From: Podarcis cretensis
Taxonomy: Eukaryota
NCBI GenBank assembly: GCA_951804945.1
Contig: OX638151.1
Coordinates: 29,512,001 to 29,576,000 of the forward strand
Direction of reading: 5' to 3'
Length of the DNA stretch: 64,000 nt
The position numbers and the translations under genes are program-made. The notes below the pieces were generated by a model. The model ran no database searches. It was not told the DNA's origin and saw only the letters and a program-made list of their open reading frames with translations. How positions within the stretch are numbered: position 1 is the first letter of the stretch; each line of letters begins with the position of its first letter. This document shows, piece by piece, positions 38,464 to 53,245 of the stretch.

Positions 38464-38570
38464 AAACATGAGTCTGACCAAACTGCGGGAGGCAGTGGAA
38501 GACAGGAGTGCCTGTCGTGCTCTGGTCCATGGGGTAACAAAGAGTCGGACACGACTAAACAACAACAACA
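38464..38570 (+). mobile_element. RTE-BovB extreme 3' end
   Basis: GACAGGAGTGCCTG...GAGTCGGACACGACTAAACAACAAC; 12-bp TSD ATGTGCAACTAC at 38452 and 38571. Confidence 0.9.
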
Positions 38571-39250
38571 ATGTGCAACTACGCTTGAACATAGTTGAGA
38601 AAATAAGGGTCCAGAATGCAGCTGCAGAGCTATTGGCAGGAGTTAATCTACAGGGAGCATTTTAATTTGGGGATTGATTTCAAAAGCATTGGAAAGGGAT
38701 TACTTGTAGTTTGGAAAACTGTTTTAGGTGGGTGCCTGATACCATTTGTAGATGGTGTATCTGACAGCAGGAATCTGTAAAAAAAATAATGCAACAGTAG
38801 CAATTCACCTTAAGTGATGACACTGGATTATTATCAAAAGAAAATTGTGGATGACTGCTCAATGTAGAAAAAAATACCAGGTTTTGTTTTTTTTAAAAAT
38901 GTGATATTTATATAATTCACAAACTTGATCCTTCCTAGCAAAACCTTTCTCTTTGCCCTCTGCATGCCATTTTCAATTACCAAGATTAAAAATTATATGA
39001 AGAAAGCAAAATGATACATTGTTAGAAATGAAAATGATTCAAAATATTAATGTAATGCTAAGGGTGGCTGGGTAACAAATGGCACATGCACTCCTATGCT
39101 TGGGATCTGGCAAAATTAATAATACTTCTGGGTCATGCATGGGTTTCCCTGGTGGAAGGCCTGATGAAGAAAAGAATTCCAGGGCAAGAGAGCAGAGAAA
39201 GTTTGTGGAGCTCAGTTTTCCTTTTTACAGCAAGTCAGAATCATAGCCTT

Positions 39251-39253
<3 letters not shown>

Positions 39254-39313
<60 letters not shown>
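39254..39313 (+). repeat. Compound (CA)n(GA)n microsatellite
   Basis: Direct inspection. Confidence 0.95.
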
Positions 39314-39316
<3 letters not shown>

Positions 39317-40609
39317 TCACACCTCATTTGCCATATTCACCACTGGGCCACTATTCAGCAGAAGGGCGTATTGCAAGGAGGTCAGTAAGAAGCTATTAGC
39401 AGAGTCTCCCCCAGAGGTTTCTTGGGTCTTATTGAGTTGGAAGTTAGCATGACAGTACTGCAAATAACTCAGTTGTAGGTTTTTTAACAGTTAGCACAGA
39501 TTTCCCTATAGTGTTTGTCACTTCAGAAAATTGTTCCTGAAAATGAAGTCCCAGAAAGCCAGCTTTGACAGAGGCCCTTGCGAGAGACGCTTGCGAAGAA
39601 CATGGATACAGAAAAATGTGTCATGCTCTCCATAGACTAGATGTGATTTGAAAGGGGGTTGGGGTTGGGAATAACCTATAGTACTATTTAGAAATAAAGC
39701 TGGAAAGCACACTTTAGCATTGGATACCCTGCTAAAGTAACACTGATGACTTTCTAACTGGTTATACTGGGTGATGAAAATGAACGAACAGGATGTTGGG
39801 AATGACCCTGGGGTTTTTGAGAGCATAAACGCCAGTCGGTTTATGCCCAACTCTTTTTCTATATGGATGGATGGGGTTGGGGAGCAGAGATGGGCGGATG
39901 GCAAGGAAACTGGTTATGTATTGTCACCATAGATTAAACCAAAGGGGGGATATTTACAGAGGAACGCATAGGTCTGTTCATTTATACATGTTTTTATATG
40001 TTCAGATAAAACTATTCAGTTTACTGTTCTGCAGAATAGGAGCTGAGGATGGAGCATGATGATTGCTCTGCTAATGCAGTATAAACAAGGGTAACATCCA
40101 GCTACTGTTGAGTACTTTTAAGTCTTACTGGTTTCAGCAGAATAACTCTCCCATTGAATTAAACGTGAGCAAAGGCTGCCATATTTTGGCTGGTCATGTC
40201 TCAAAACATTAACACCAGTGTTGGCAAGACACCATACCACTACTACTGTATATACCTTTGTAGCTGTGTGGGAGGTGAAAGTAAATACAGGTTAAAGCCA
40301 AGGATCACTTAGAAGAAACCAGTTTGCCTATTATCATCCTGTATTCTTGTTGCTTTTTAAAAAATATACTTATTTTTAACCCAAACCCCAACTTTTCTGG
40401 GCAGAATATGAACTGCACAATAAGATCACCGTTAAACAATTATTTAATCAGTTTTGCACAGGTAGAGGATATGAGTAGGGAAGTATCTTGTTTGGGGTGA
40501 TTTTTCCCAGAGATTTTTTAAGGATGATGACCTAAGTGTTTCATGATATTCAGGTGGTAACAGGATAGAACTTGGAAATGAATGTACAGAAATAGAAATA
40601 TAAAGCTAG

Positions 40610-41450
40610 GTTTCTTAAATATAGAAGAACAAGCTTTGCTGATGAAGAATGAGCATGGCTTTTGCAAAGGAAATCCCTGCCTCATAAACCTTCTGGAGTT
40701 CTTTGAGAATTTCACTTAGCATTTAGTGATAGAAATTGTCCGATTGACACTTTTACTCAGTCTTCTAAATACCTTTTGACAATGCCACTAACCAGAGTCT
40801 GCTGAGCAACGTTAACAGTCATTATATATGAGGATTGGCACTTTGATGGATTGGCAGTTAGTTAAAGAACAGAAAATAGATTAAATAGACAGACTAGGAT
40901 TAAATAGACAGTTTTTCACAGTGGTGCAAAGTAAACAGGAGAATCTGTAGTGGGACTGGCACTGTTTAAATTATTAGTTCATTATCTGGAGTCAAGTGTG
41001 AACAATGAGATATCCACAACTGCCAGATGATGGTGGAAACCCAAGAAGGGCTCCAAAAGGACTTCTCTAAACTTCATGAATGGACAATAAAATGGGTAAT
41101 TAGGTTGAGTGTAAGCAAACCGATGCACATTGAGACAAAATACTCCTGATTTAGTATATACATTGATGGTGTGTCAACTGGTAATGACTAACCCAAGAAG
41201 AAAGTACTTTATGTCATTCAATGAAAGCATCAGTGCAGTTTGTGGCAGCAGTAAAGAAGGCAAATTCCTTGCTATATCTAGGTTATTAGGAAATGGACTG
41301 AAAATAAAACGGCCAGAATTATATACAAATCTACAACTATTTTTAGAATGTAGCATAGAGTTCTGGTCAGCCAATCGCAAAAAGGGTATCATAGGACTCA
41401 AAAAGAGGCCGGAAAAGAGAAAATGATCCAAAAGTTGGAGCATTTCCCCC
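40610..41450 (+). mobile_element. Decayed CR1 LINE RT region
   Basis: EHGFCKGNPCLINLLEFFE (CR1 QHGF...LTNLLEFFE motif) plus downstream CR1-like segments. Confidence 0.8.
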
Positions 41451-42725
41451 TTAATTAAAAGCTAACAAATTTATGCCCTTACCATTCAATAAACAGCCAA
41501 TCTTCCAGTCCAATTATCTCTCTGCATATAGGAGTCTTCTATACATTTGAACAGCAATATATAGATATAGATAAATAAAAGCTTGCTTAACTTTTTGACA
41601 CTAAGAGTTTGAATTTTCCTGTGGGACACACTAATGAAAAATGCATTACAGCTAATTGAGGAGCACTCAATCCTCTCACTCCCAAGAGGTTAATACATTA
41701 TGAGAAGCTGGACTCTTAAGTTTCCCTAGGAGCCAGAAATCAGCAGCAGATGCAACAATATAAACATTGACTCTACATCTGCTTCAGCTCAGTTCTAACG
41801 CTTTCTTCATTTCTCTTATTCAACAGTGCTTAACAGTTAAAAAGATAATTATGCTACCTGCATAAATCTTGTTTCAACAGGCCGATACGCTTGTTCTAAA
41901 ATGGCTCTTTTGGAACAACATATCAATAATCCTTTTTTAAATTTTTCTTTGCGCTGATTAGATGACTTACACATCCCACAGCTCTCCCAACCCATTGAGG
42001 TGGCATGTGTAGATGCAGGTTTTTGGGTGTGCTTGTAGTGCCATATGAAGAACCACATGGAAGCAGCATCCCCCGCTGTATTGAAAACTGAATGTACAGA
42101 AGCAGTGCTGTGCATGCAGTTCCTGGGACGGCATCCAGCATTCAGGATATATTTGTGGTTCTGTGTCAATAATTCAGAGCATACAACAGTTGGTGTACCA
42201 ATGAGTGATATCCAACCAAGTCAAATTCAGGCTAGTATTCTTACTCAATGAAACCTGAGTCAATTATGTCCATCGATTTCAGAGGGTCTATTCTAACATT
42301 GGATATCACCCAAGAATGTCTTGTTTGAATCTACAACGCATTTCGATGAGCTTTACAGGTGTTCTATGGCAAATAACATGGGAAAGGTTCTCTGCAGGAA
42401 GAAATGTGAAAATCAAACAAAACTCTACATACACATACATAAAACCCCCAAGTGATTTATTTATTTATAACAGTAATTCTATACCACCATCATGTAAAAT
42501 ATGAGTGCAGTGTACAATAGATGAACAATAAAAGAAATATTTAAGTAGTATGTATAATATGTATTATACTTCCATCATCTTCAGATTTCTTGGTGAGCTT
42601 GTCTTCTGAAAGCATGTAATAACTAATTTATAATAAATAATATAAATAAATGATACATTGTTTGATTTGCTATCTAAACTAGAGAAATTTTGAAGCAATG
42701 CACATAAATGGTGGTGTGTCTTTAG

Positions 42726-42923
42726 ATTGCAGGAATATACAACTCGCCCTACAGGAAATCACCAGATCCAATGGAATTGGAATTAAGGAAAGCAAAACCT
42801 TTGAGGCCCAAGAAGAAAAAGGTCAAAAAGGATGCTGTTGATCTCCACTGGAATGCTTATTCTGATTTGTTTGGCTTCCAACGAGAGCCAGCTCTTCCTC
42901 CTATTGGGAGACAAAAACCTCAG
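42726..42923 (+). CDS. SPATA17: SPATA17 exon 7 (IAGIYNSPYRKSPDPMELELRKAKPL...LPPIGRQKPQ)
   Basis: tctttag acceptor, CAG|GTATTG donor, 198 nt, no stop, GIYNSP motif. Confidence 0.93.
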
Positions 42924-43061
42924 GTATTGTGTATCAATAACTCCCAATAACAGCCACAGCTACATTCATGAAATGACTGAAAGGTTTTTGTTTCCATCTT
43001 TATGAGAGACCATGTGTTTTAAATGGCCACATAAAATGAAAGATGTTAGCCATACCCTGTA

Positions 43062-43262
43062 CAGTGGTACCTCGGGTTATAGACACTTCAGGTTACAGAC
43101 ACTTCAGGTCACGGGCTCCGCTAACCTGAGAACAGAAAATGGCACAACGGCGGCACGGCAGCGGGAGGCCCCATTAGCTAAAGTGCTACCTCAGGTTAAG
43201 AACAGTTTCAGGTTAAGAACGGACCTCCAGAACGAATTAAGTTCTTAACCTGAGGTACCACT
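43062..43262 (+). mobile_element. Tigger-like MITE, family A (damaged right end)
   Basis: CAGTGGTACCTCGGGTTA...TAACCTGAGGTACCACT. Confidence 0.85.
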
Positions 43263-43440
43263 CTCAGGCTGCAATTGTTGTTTTATTCAGAAGATCTGGT
43301 TTAATCAACCTTAATGGGAATGGAACTTTACATTCATTTCATTGTGGGAGAAAGTTCCACATACTTAAACCACAGAACTTTCCCGAGCATTGAAGAGAAT
43401 GGAATATCCCTGTCCCTGCTCACAGAGATGGCTGTGAGTA

Positions 43441-43682
43441 CAGTGGAATCTTGGTTCTCGAACTTAATCCGTTCCAGGAGTCCATTCGACTCCTGAAACT
43501 GTTCAAAAACCAAGGCACGGCTCCCGATTGGCTGCAGGAACTTCCTGCACTCAATCGGAAGCCGCATCGGACGTTCGGCTTCTGAAAAATGTTTGCAAAC
43601 TGGAACACTCACTTCTGGGTTTGCGGCGTTCGGGAGCCAATTTGTTCAGGAGCCAAGCCATTCGGGAACCAAGGTACCACTG
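43441..43682 (+). mobile_element. Tigger-like MITE, family C
   Basis: CAGTGGAATCTTGGTTC...GAACCAAGGTACCACTG, TA flanks. Confidence 0.85.
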
Positions 43683-45359
43683 TACATTCTTTGGTGGGGC
43701 ATTCCATAGCACAGAAGAGAATAAGACAGTCCCTTCATACCCTGAGCTCTGCATGCCCTGTGAAGGTTTCACAAAACGTTGAGTTATCTCCAGTACCTAG
43801 AAGGAGTCCCATCAGTGTTTCAAATTGTTTTTGCCCAGTACCATTTTCAATCTCCGAATCAAAATAACAGAAGTGATGACAATTTCATCTTTCCCTTTTT
43901 CCTCCCACTCACCCAATGTTCACTTGGAATGTCATTTGCTGCTGATCCAACTGAGTTGCAGTGTTAATTTCCACTGACTAAAAGATCAATTTACCAGGGG
44001 TAGAAGAATGAACAGGCAACATACATTTCTAAGGCGTACATATTTCCCTATATTGTGTAAAGATCTCCTTAATATTTTTAAATCAAAGTGGAAATTTTAC
44101 TGTTTCCGTAACTACTTCCTGCTGCAAACTTGAACTCACTGAAATTGGTTATAACAGTTAATGGCCATTTAAAATCAATTAGTCTCTTCCCTAGAGTAGA
44201 TGGAGTATCTCCACTAGCCTACAATTTGCCAAAATACAGTTATACTACGTGTTGATTTGCTAAGTTTCTCTTGTTTAGGCTACTTTGGAGCATTTCCCCC
44301 CCAGTTTAGACACAGACAAAGAAACTTACACAAGAAAGCCTTTCAGAACAAAGAGAAGACTTCTACTTATTTCCCTGCACATTGAAGAGGGAATTTACTG
44401 TATAATACTTTAATCCTTTCAGTGCCCTGGGATGTACACTGTGGAGTAAATTTTCAAAGTACAGTGCATGGATTTAACTGTGCGACTCTCATTGATGTTA
44501 ATGGGAGTCACACGGCTAAATCCCTGGACAACACAATTTAGAGGTGTATGTTTGGGAAAGGACATTGGTCTGAGCTGATGAAACAGCTGGAATGAAAATC
44601 CAACAGAATGCACTGTTCTTAAAGTGGTCTGGTGGTGTGGCAATGAGGGATTTATAATTGCTAGCCATCCTTGTGACTTAGTACTCAGTGACAGCAGCAT
44701 TTGACATTAAACTTGTGTACCTTCCACATTAGGCCCCATGTGAGTGTTAAGATACCAAAATGTGCTCAAGGAGAGTGTTAAAACAAGAGTTTGTATTCAT
44801 GTCAATTTTCAGACTAAACATTTAACTATCTGTTGGCTTTCTCAGGCAGTATATGGGAAAATATTGTGTGTGTGTAACACACACACACATATATATATTC
44901 ATACTGTTGATATATATTCTGTCAGATCTCTGACTTTTATCACAGAATTAACTAGAATTACAGAACGCTGGAAACAAAGATAGTGAAATTAGTTGTCACA
45001 AAGGAAATTAAGAACATCTACATTGCTTTATTTTTTCTCTCCTTTCCCCCTTGTAGCCTGCTATGCAAGGCAAACAGGATAGGATCAGATGCTAAGGTTC
45101 TTGCCTCATTTGAGTTATCATCCATAAATGCAGTGAACCATTCAGGATAGTGCACTCATCTGGTGTGCAAGAAGTTGTATGAATCAGATACTGTTGTTAG
45201 ACCTCAGGTTGAGTTACCTAAATTGGCCCTTCAAACCATAATTGGAGCCTTTCTGGATGAAACCATATTCCAAAATCTTGTTCATACAGTGACCAATAGC
45301 AAGTAGCCATTGATTGTCTTATCCTCTAGGTCAATGGTTCCCAATTGGTAGTTTTATGA

Positions 45360-45780
45360 GAGGCGGAGAAAAACCTTTCTCTACCTATTTTCTCCACACC
45401 ATGAAAAATCATTTAGAACTTTATTGATAATTTTGGTTACTCTTTTCTGAAACTTTACCTTATCTGTTTTGAGGTGAGGCAACCACAACTGTACACAGCA
45501 CTCCACATATGGTTATATCATAGCTTGGAGTAATGGCATTATGATATTAGCTGTTGGTTTTTTAATGACCCCCAAAGTGAGATTTCACAGCTGTAGGGTT
45601 GACATCATCATGCTATCAGCTATGATCCCAAAGTCCCATCCTTTCCATCCAATGCATGTGTAGAGGCAAATTGCTTTAAAGTGGAATGCCACTGTATGCA
45701 ACATTTACATCATGTAAATTGTATGCAACATTTACACATCAAAAGCTACTGTAAGCATGGACTTCCCCATTCATTCCGGT
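45360..45780 (-). mobile_element. Decayed CR1 fragment
   Basis: TTTTGAGGTGAGGCAACCACAACTGTACACAGCACTCCA pattern of CR1 ORF2 read antisense. Confidence 0.55.
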
Positions 45781-47503
45781 GGAGAGCACTCTGCATTCTT
45801 TTTCTGTCTGTGTATAGAGCTTCCCTTTTTCATAATATTAAGGGGAAAGAACTTACAGGTTTGTGCACATCAGATCCCTGACTCATAAGGAGATGTCTGT
45901 ATTTTGATGACAGAATGCAATTCCGCATGCACTTAAATGCCTCTGCAGTAAAGCATGGTCTTATCTATGTTGGCTTGTGCCCACGACAGCAAAACATAGC
46001 AGGGGTGCAAGATGGTAGGAATTAAGTGAGAACTTTGAAATGGAAAACAACGTAGGCCTTCTATTTTCCTGTTTACACTGAATCCCCATTCTGTGCTTTA
46101 AGGACTATCGTCACCTAGATAAGATCATGGTTAATTCTTTTCCCCATTTTATGTTTTTAACTGCAAATTTCTAGATAACATAAGCAAATAATGTGCATTA
46201 TTTTTAGTCAATTACTTGATTGCACTCATTACTCCTGTGAAACCTAATAAACTTTTTAATTTCTTTTTCACACCTTTAAAAGCTCTGTAGTGGTCCCAAT
46301 AAAATAAATTTATTCTTGGCGTAACCCTTCTGGAAGTGAAGGAGGGGGGTTCTGGCACAATGAATAACTGCTACGATCACTTGCTTCCTTCTTTTCAGGA
46401 GACCTGGCAATTGGGGCGCTGTGCCTTTAAAAAGTAAAGTTCCAATAAAAATCCATTAACAACTTTCAAATNNNNNNNNNNNNNNNNNNNNNNNNNNNNN
46501 NNNNNNNNNNNNNNNNNNNNNNNNNNNNNNNNNNNNNNNNNNNNNNNNNNNNNNNNNNNNNNNNNNNNNNNNNNNNNNNNNNNNNNNNNNNNNNNNNNNN
46601 NNNNNNNNNNNNNNNNNNNNNNNNNNNNNNNNNNNNNNNNNNNNNNNNNNNCTCAGTTCTTGCAGTAACTCCAGCTGTGGCTTGTTAGTGATAACCTATT
46701 TAAAGAAAGAGATCCTTCAGAATAAGAGGCATGATTAGGATTGTTGCCCCCACCTCCTTTTCTTGGGTGAGATTGTTTCACTACTTCAGTGTTAGAACAA
46801 CAGTGGTAAAAAGGAAAACAAGCTGTAATTGGCAACTCAGCAATAGTCAGCTGCCTGTAAATTGTATTGAGTTACAGTGCTAATGATATTTACGGTACGT
46901 TCATACTTACTACCTAAAGGCAAGAGGTGGGGTAACCTTTTTAAAAAACACTGGATAGGTTTTTCCTTTGCCAAATATCTATGGTCTGGGTTCCCACAAA
47001 CATAGGGTTAGCTTGTCAACATTTCTATGTCTGGAGCACTTTAGGCTGTTGATGGCAGATCATATAGCAAATTCTGCCCACACAGCACCCAATTTATTTA
47101 TCCACATAAGAAACTAACATAGAAAAGGCTCTTCTCCCTCACATGATTGTGTGTGTTTGCTATAATTTGGAGGCATATTCAATCATACAAGCCCCTGCTA
47201 AGTCTAGAATGGTATAGTTCAGAAATGATTCATCACTTCTTCCACTGTTTGTGATAACTCAGCAAATGTGTAATTATATTCATATAATTACAGCCTGATA
47301 AAAGCTCACTTATTAATCTATAGAAAATTATCACAAGATTAGGTAAGGACCCAAAACTATTAAATTTAGCTTTTCACCAAGATTCGAGAAAGAAACAAGC
47401 CTCCTCTTAGATGCAGAGACATCAGTGCTAGGCTGCTAATAAAAATCAAAGCAAAGAGGAACAGCCCCAGTGCAGAACGCATGTCTTCTCCTGTACCTTT
47501 CAG

Positions 47504-47652
47504 GGCCCATTTCGTGATCCTGTTGAAGTGTTGCAGCAACGCTATAAGCCTTTGGAACCGTCTGTGCAGGTGGCAGCTTCAAACGTTTCACTGGAGCTCG
47601 CCAGAGAAAAAATTAAACAAGAAGAGTGGAGAAACCGTGTACATGATGAAGT
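47504..47652 (+). CDS. SPATA17: SPATA17 exon 8 (GPFRDPVEVLQQRYKPLEPSVQVAASNVSLELAREKIKQEEWRNRVHDEV)
   Basis: ctttcag acceptor, GT|GTAAGT donor, 149 nt, GPFRD...QRY.PLEP motif. Confidence 0.95.
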
Positions 47653-50507
47653 GTAAGTTGCTTGCTTTCCCCTCCTATTTTCGCTTCACTGTGCCTCTTC
47701 TTTTTATATCTTTTACTGTTGCTCGATACTCAAAAAAGCTGTTGATTCTGAAAAGTTGAAAAGCAACCATTAAGCATAAGTCTATCTAAGCATCATATTT
47801 CATGGACCAAGATTTTCAAATGTCTTAGGCCCTGATCTATTCACCCAGGAAAGCCGAAATACTTGGATTTAAGCTTGTTTAGCTGAGTTGAGGTCAATGG
47901 GGCTAAATCGGTTTAAAACCAAGTCCATTTCATCTTGATTGATTTGTGGATTGGGCTATTATTCTGTAATAATCCCACTTAAGTAGTTAGGTTAGCCGCT
48001 TCAGATGACAAGCCACTGAACAGCCCTGATCTTAGTCAAGCAAATCAGACACTCCTGGCCAGAAGAGAACTCCACTGCTTCGTACTTCTTCACCAAATAC
48101 GTGCAAGCTTTCACAGCAGGCTGTACCTGCCCAACCCCACTCCAGCATAGTTCAATAATAGCTTCCTTACTGTGGCTGCATCTGAGAAATAATTAAGGTA
48201 ATTCCACACCACCTGGAACAGTGAAACTTGGTATGCTTGTAGGCCAAGGCAACTTGCCTATTTGAAAAGTACTTGAAAACTGGAATGTGTTCCTTTAACA
48301 GACTAAACTCTGAATGTAAAGATTATCTGATAAGATTGGGCTGAGGGCGTTTAATAGACCCTTCATATACTCACGTCAGCATGGATGGCCGAGACTTCCA
48401 ACAACAGTTTTGCAAGCACAGATGCAAGTTTCATTTACTAAACTGAAATAAACATGCATTAGTAACTTAAACAGGAGCTGTGCAGGCAAAGTACCAGGCT
48501 TGGAAGTGCGGGAATTTAACTTTGCATCATTCTCTCTTTTATGACTATATGGTAATGGAAGAATTTTAAGGTTTTACAGCACCCAAATTGCTTGATAGGT
48601 AACCTACCTACATACAGATTCATGTGTGTGCTCAGCAACTCAAAATATTATTGACACTGTTACTTTTGATAATACAGTTGACCTCAAGGTGTATGAAACC
48701 TAAATCTACCCATGGGGCTTTCTTGACCTGGATTTCATCCACCAGCCCTCCAGAACAGGAAATCAGTGTTGTCAAATCACTGTGCCAGTGACTTCTAACC
48801 CAGTGTAGGGAACTATATACATCCAGTTCTGGGAATCATATGCACTGAACCCCTTTACCTGCACTGTGCCCAATATAGCAAAAGATGCATTTATGGAAAC
48901 TAGCTTCTGGTTATGTGTTGCCCTCACTTAATCAGGGTGTTTGAGGTTTGGAATGTTCATTTACAAGTTTGAAGAGCACGGGCAGTTATGAAAACAGGCA
49001 CTGAATGTTATTCCTTGCAAATCTAACACATCTAAAACTTTTTTCAAGTTATGTCTAGTTTGTCAGATGCTTTGCAACTTTAGCAATTTGCATATTTTCT
49101 GGACTATTATTGTATTATGATAAACAGGGATTATCATATATTTTCAGATAATGTTTTCTTAACANNNNNNNNNNNNNNNNNNNNNNNNNNNNNNNNNNNN
49201 NNNNNNNNNNNNNNNNNNNNNNNNNNNNNNNNNNNNNNNNNNNNNNNNNNNNNNNNNNNNNNNNNNNNNNNNNNNNNNNNNNNNNNNNNNNNNNNNNNNN
49301 NNNNNNNNNNNNNNNNNNNNNNNNNNNNNNNNNNNNNNNNNNNNNNNNNNNNNNNNNNNNNNNNNNNNNNNNNNNNNNNNNNNNNNNNNNNNNNNNNNNN
49401 NNNNNNNNNNNNNNNNNNNNNNNNNNNNNNNNNNNNNNNNNNNNNNNNNNNNNNNNNNNNNNNNNNNNNNNNNNNNNNNNNNNNNNNNNNNNNNNNNNNN
49501 NNNNNNNNNNNNNNNNNNNNNNNNNNNNAGAAGTTCTAGAATGTGTCCGCAAAGAAGAGGTCTCATTACTTTTGCTTTATACGAGAAGTGGGCTAGCATT
49601 TGTCTGCTGCTTTTACTTCTACTGCAGACTGGGATTAAAACCAAAACAGCCCAATGATTATTCGTGTTATATCAGAAAACATAATGCAGGCAGCGCAAAA
49701 ACAACCCTTGTAACGGAAATATAGCCAGTGTAAGACTATGCAAAGTTTTTAAATAATAATTCTTAAAGATATGACTTCTTGAGAGGCACTTTAAGCACAA
49801 CCTAACTCGTTTTCTCTTTTCTTTTTTTAGCCTTCAGTTGTTACACATAAAATTATATCTAGCACAGGAGGGGAGTTGACTGAAAACAACTATTGACTTA
49901 GACCTGTTGTCTTGGAAGGGATGGGAATTAAATAATGTTTAATACATGCTTTCATAAATCAGGCACTTTTTATAGTTTAGTGCATGTGCTGCAGCAGCTA
50001 ATGCAGTACCATTTCATTAATGTGCTCTTATCTTGTGCTCTTCTTAAAAGATTTGCAGGGCTCAACACAGTTCCTTCTAGCATTGGTTGCAAAACTTTCA
50101 ACCCATGGAATGAATACAGGTCCATGGGCCATACTTAGCAGCCTACCAGGGTGCTCAGCAAGAACATTTGATTCTTCTACCCCTTGGGGTGACAGTTTGC
50201 CTTCTGGCCAAGTGTCGAAGAATACCTGATACTCAAATGACTGCATGTAATAAACCTAACAGACATACAAGCCAAATAGCAGAGAAAACACATAACATTG
50301 CACAGTGCATGCTTCACTCTGGACTGTTAATGTGCTCATTCATTTGACATATGTATATATCGGCCAGTAGTGGGTGGGCCTTGGTGTTGTCCTCATGCCC
50401 CCTAAGGAACATCCTTCAGGTGAGGACAATGGTCCCATCAGTAAATGAGTGTCATTAATCTAGACAAAGAAATTATTTATCAGAATGCTAGTTCTTAGCT
50501 TCTAAAC

Positions 50508-50643
50508 CAGCCTTTCTTAACTTGGGTCTCCAGCTGTCATTGGACTACAACTCCCATCATCCCTGACCACTGGCTATGCTGGCTAGGAATGATGGGAGTT
50601 ATAGCCCAACAACATGTTGGAGACCCAAGGTTGAGAAGGGCTG
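50508..50643. mobile_element. hAT hairpin MITE
   Basis: CAGCCTTTCTTAAC...GTTGAGAAGGGCTG; TSD TTCTAAAC / TTCCAAAC. Confidence 0.85.
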
Positions 50644-53245
50644 TTCCAAACAGTTGGGTTCTGGGACCCAGGAGAATTTGGCTGTCAATCCAAGTGGGTC
50701 AGAAGCAGAGAGGCAGTCCAAAGCAGGTGGTGGTTCATGGGCCAAACTAGGGGACTGACCGTTAGGCAGAATCCTCACACAATGAGACCAGTTGTCAAAC
50801 TAACCAGCAAGCTTTGTGACTCTGGCTTTATAGGGCCTGATGGACAAGGATTGACTTTTTGGATCAGCTGGTGGTACTCAGGCCTTGGCTTGTACATCCA
50901 CCAAGTTCAGTCTTCCAGTCTTGCACTGGAAAGTGAGCACTGGTAGAGCAGGAGGTATAATGCTGGAGTCTCACTTGCTCTCTCACACAAAACTGAACTT
51001 CTCTCTTTGAGGGCCACTAAGTAAACCCTATAACCTTCCATCTTAGCTTGTTTCCTTGAGGTCCATCTTATTATGACCACAAAACACACTGCTAGGCCAC
51101 AAATGACGCTGTACACCATCACCAGAATTGTTTATATTTGATTTCTCTTGTGTTGCAATTTTCAAGCCGTTTTGTTTCTAAAATGACAGGAGCTCACTGT
51201 GTCCTACCTTGAGAACTTGAGGTTAGTCACAAATCCTCTACAGGAAGATCTGAATTCTTTATGGTCGTCTAAAGCCTAGTTTGGGTTAATGACTTTATCT
51301 CAAGGTTTAAATACAGTTCCTGTGCTATTTTGCTCTGGCAATCCAATATTAAGACCCTAGTACATCTGCCAAGATGCAAGCCATTTCATTACATATTTTA
51401 ATGCAAGTCACAATATATAATTAGATCATGAAATCCTTCACTTTCTGTAAACATTTGTGTTTTGAATCGGGGTTATTCTCAATGTCTTTTATTATCAAGA
51501 TGCAAGGCTTTCCTGGGTTATAAAATTAAGAATTTCTACTAATAAATGCCAAATGAAAGAATCCTATAAACAAAGGTATCTGCATATATTTCTATTATAA
51601 ACCAGGCATATTGTCTTTGATGTTTTACAGCACTTAACAATGTATTCCTTATTATAGAAAGTTATTTTTACATACACCTTGTTCTGAGCATTAAGACCAC
51701 CCTAAATTCCATGCATTCGTGGGCAAATTCCTTTGCTACTAGCCTTGTCTTTCAGTCATCATCCAATCCCTGGAGAGAGCCAATTTTCTTTCATGTCTGA
51801 ACAAAAGAAAAATGTACTATTAAAATGCAATTCAGAAGTGATAAAAACTGTAAGTGGAGCAGCCGGCTTCCAGCAACTCCTATGTATACTCAGGGACATT
51901 GGGGCCACATTAATTTTTTTTGTGTGTGATGTCCATCCCATGTGCAAATTAGCCCTAGAAGTGCTATAATCTGTCTTATATGAAAGCCACCTGCCCCATG
52001 AGTATATACATGCTTCTGTAGCTTTGTATAATTTAAAGCTCTGCTACTTCTGTGCTTTTGTTTTGTTAATTTTCAAGAGCCCTTGGTTTTGAATTCTTTA
52101 TGGGCAATTTGACTGGCCAGATGCTAATAAAGACCAATTTGTTTCCCCACAAGGAAGGTTTATTGATATAATTTACTGTTGATGAAATATTAAATCCTTT
52201 CAGTAAAGGATTTAAAAATAGAATTCAGCAGTTAAAATAAGAAAATCAGGGTTTTTTTCAGATGGCATCACAAAAAGTAGTACGCAACCATTAAAAACTT
52301 TCTATTGGAAGCTTTTCAAAAAGAAAAAATAAATAAATCTTTTTTAAAGGGCCTCTTCTTTTTTCATTTTACACTGTTCAGTATAGCATCTGGGGGAAAT
52401 GAAAACTTGATTTAGCCTTCTGATATCTGGGCACAATAACATTTTGCCTCGTGGTATAGACAGTGATCTAATAATTTAGGGTATGATCCACAGAGTTTTT
52501 TTCATAAATGACTTTACTCTCAGGGAGCACCATAATTACCCTTTCTTACTACCAGGGGTGCCAACTTAAATAAATTATTTTGGAGGCCCAGGTAAGCCCT
52601 GCCCCGCATAACCGATCACATGACACAATGCGTAATTGATCACATGACACAATCCCACATATACTATTTGAATGGAAATGCCCATCAACTTTGTGGGGGC
52701 CCTTCCCCCTCAAATATTTTATTGTGGGGGCCAAAGCCCCCACAGCCCCTAGGAGTTGGCTTCTATTCTCACTACAGTATTATGGTATCCTATTTGATGC
52801 CTCACCTAATGAGCAAACAACCAACTTTTTCCCCTTAGCAAGAACTTCTCTTGATGTCAAATTGCTTTCCTGCACCTCCGCACCTGAAGACAAGGGGTAG
52901 TTACATTGCTTACCACTGTTGCTTTATTGGAGTTTGATACAAAATGAATTCTGTTCATGTCTCCACAACCCGTAGATGAGGTACAGGAGAAATCCCCACC
53001 AGGACCTAGTTCCTAGTGAAGGAAATGGGGAGATGCGTGGGGGCCTGTTGCTTTGGATCAGTATTGTCTGCACTGACTGGCTCTCCAAGGTTTCAGGCAG
53101 GAGTCCTATCCAGCAGTGCCAGGGATTGAACCTGTGACCTTCTGCATCCTAAGCCACTGAGTTGCATCCCTTCTCAGCCAGCTCACCCTCCCCACCTCCA
53201 TTCTGCCTCTGATGCACTCAGGAACAGTGTGCAGGATTCATAATA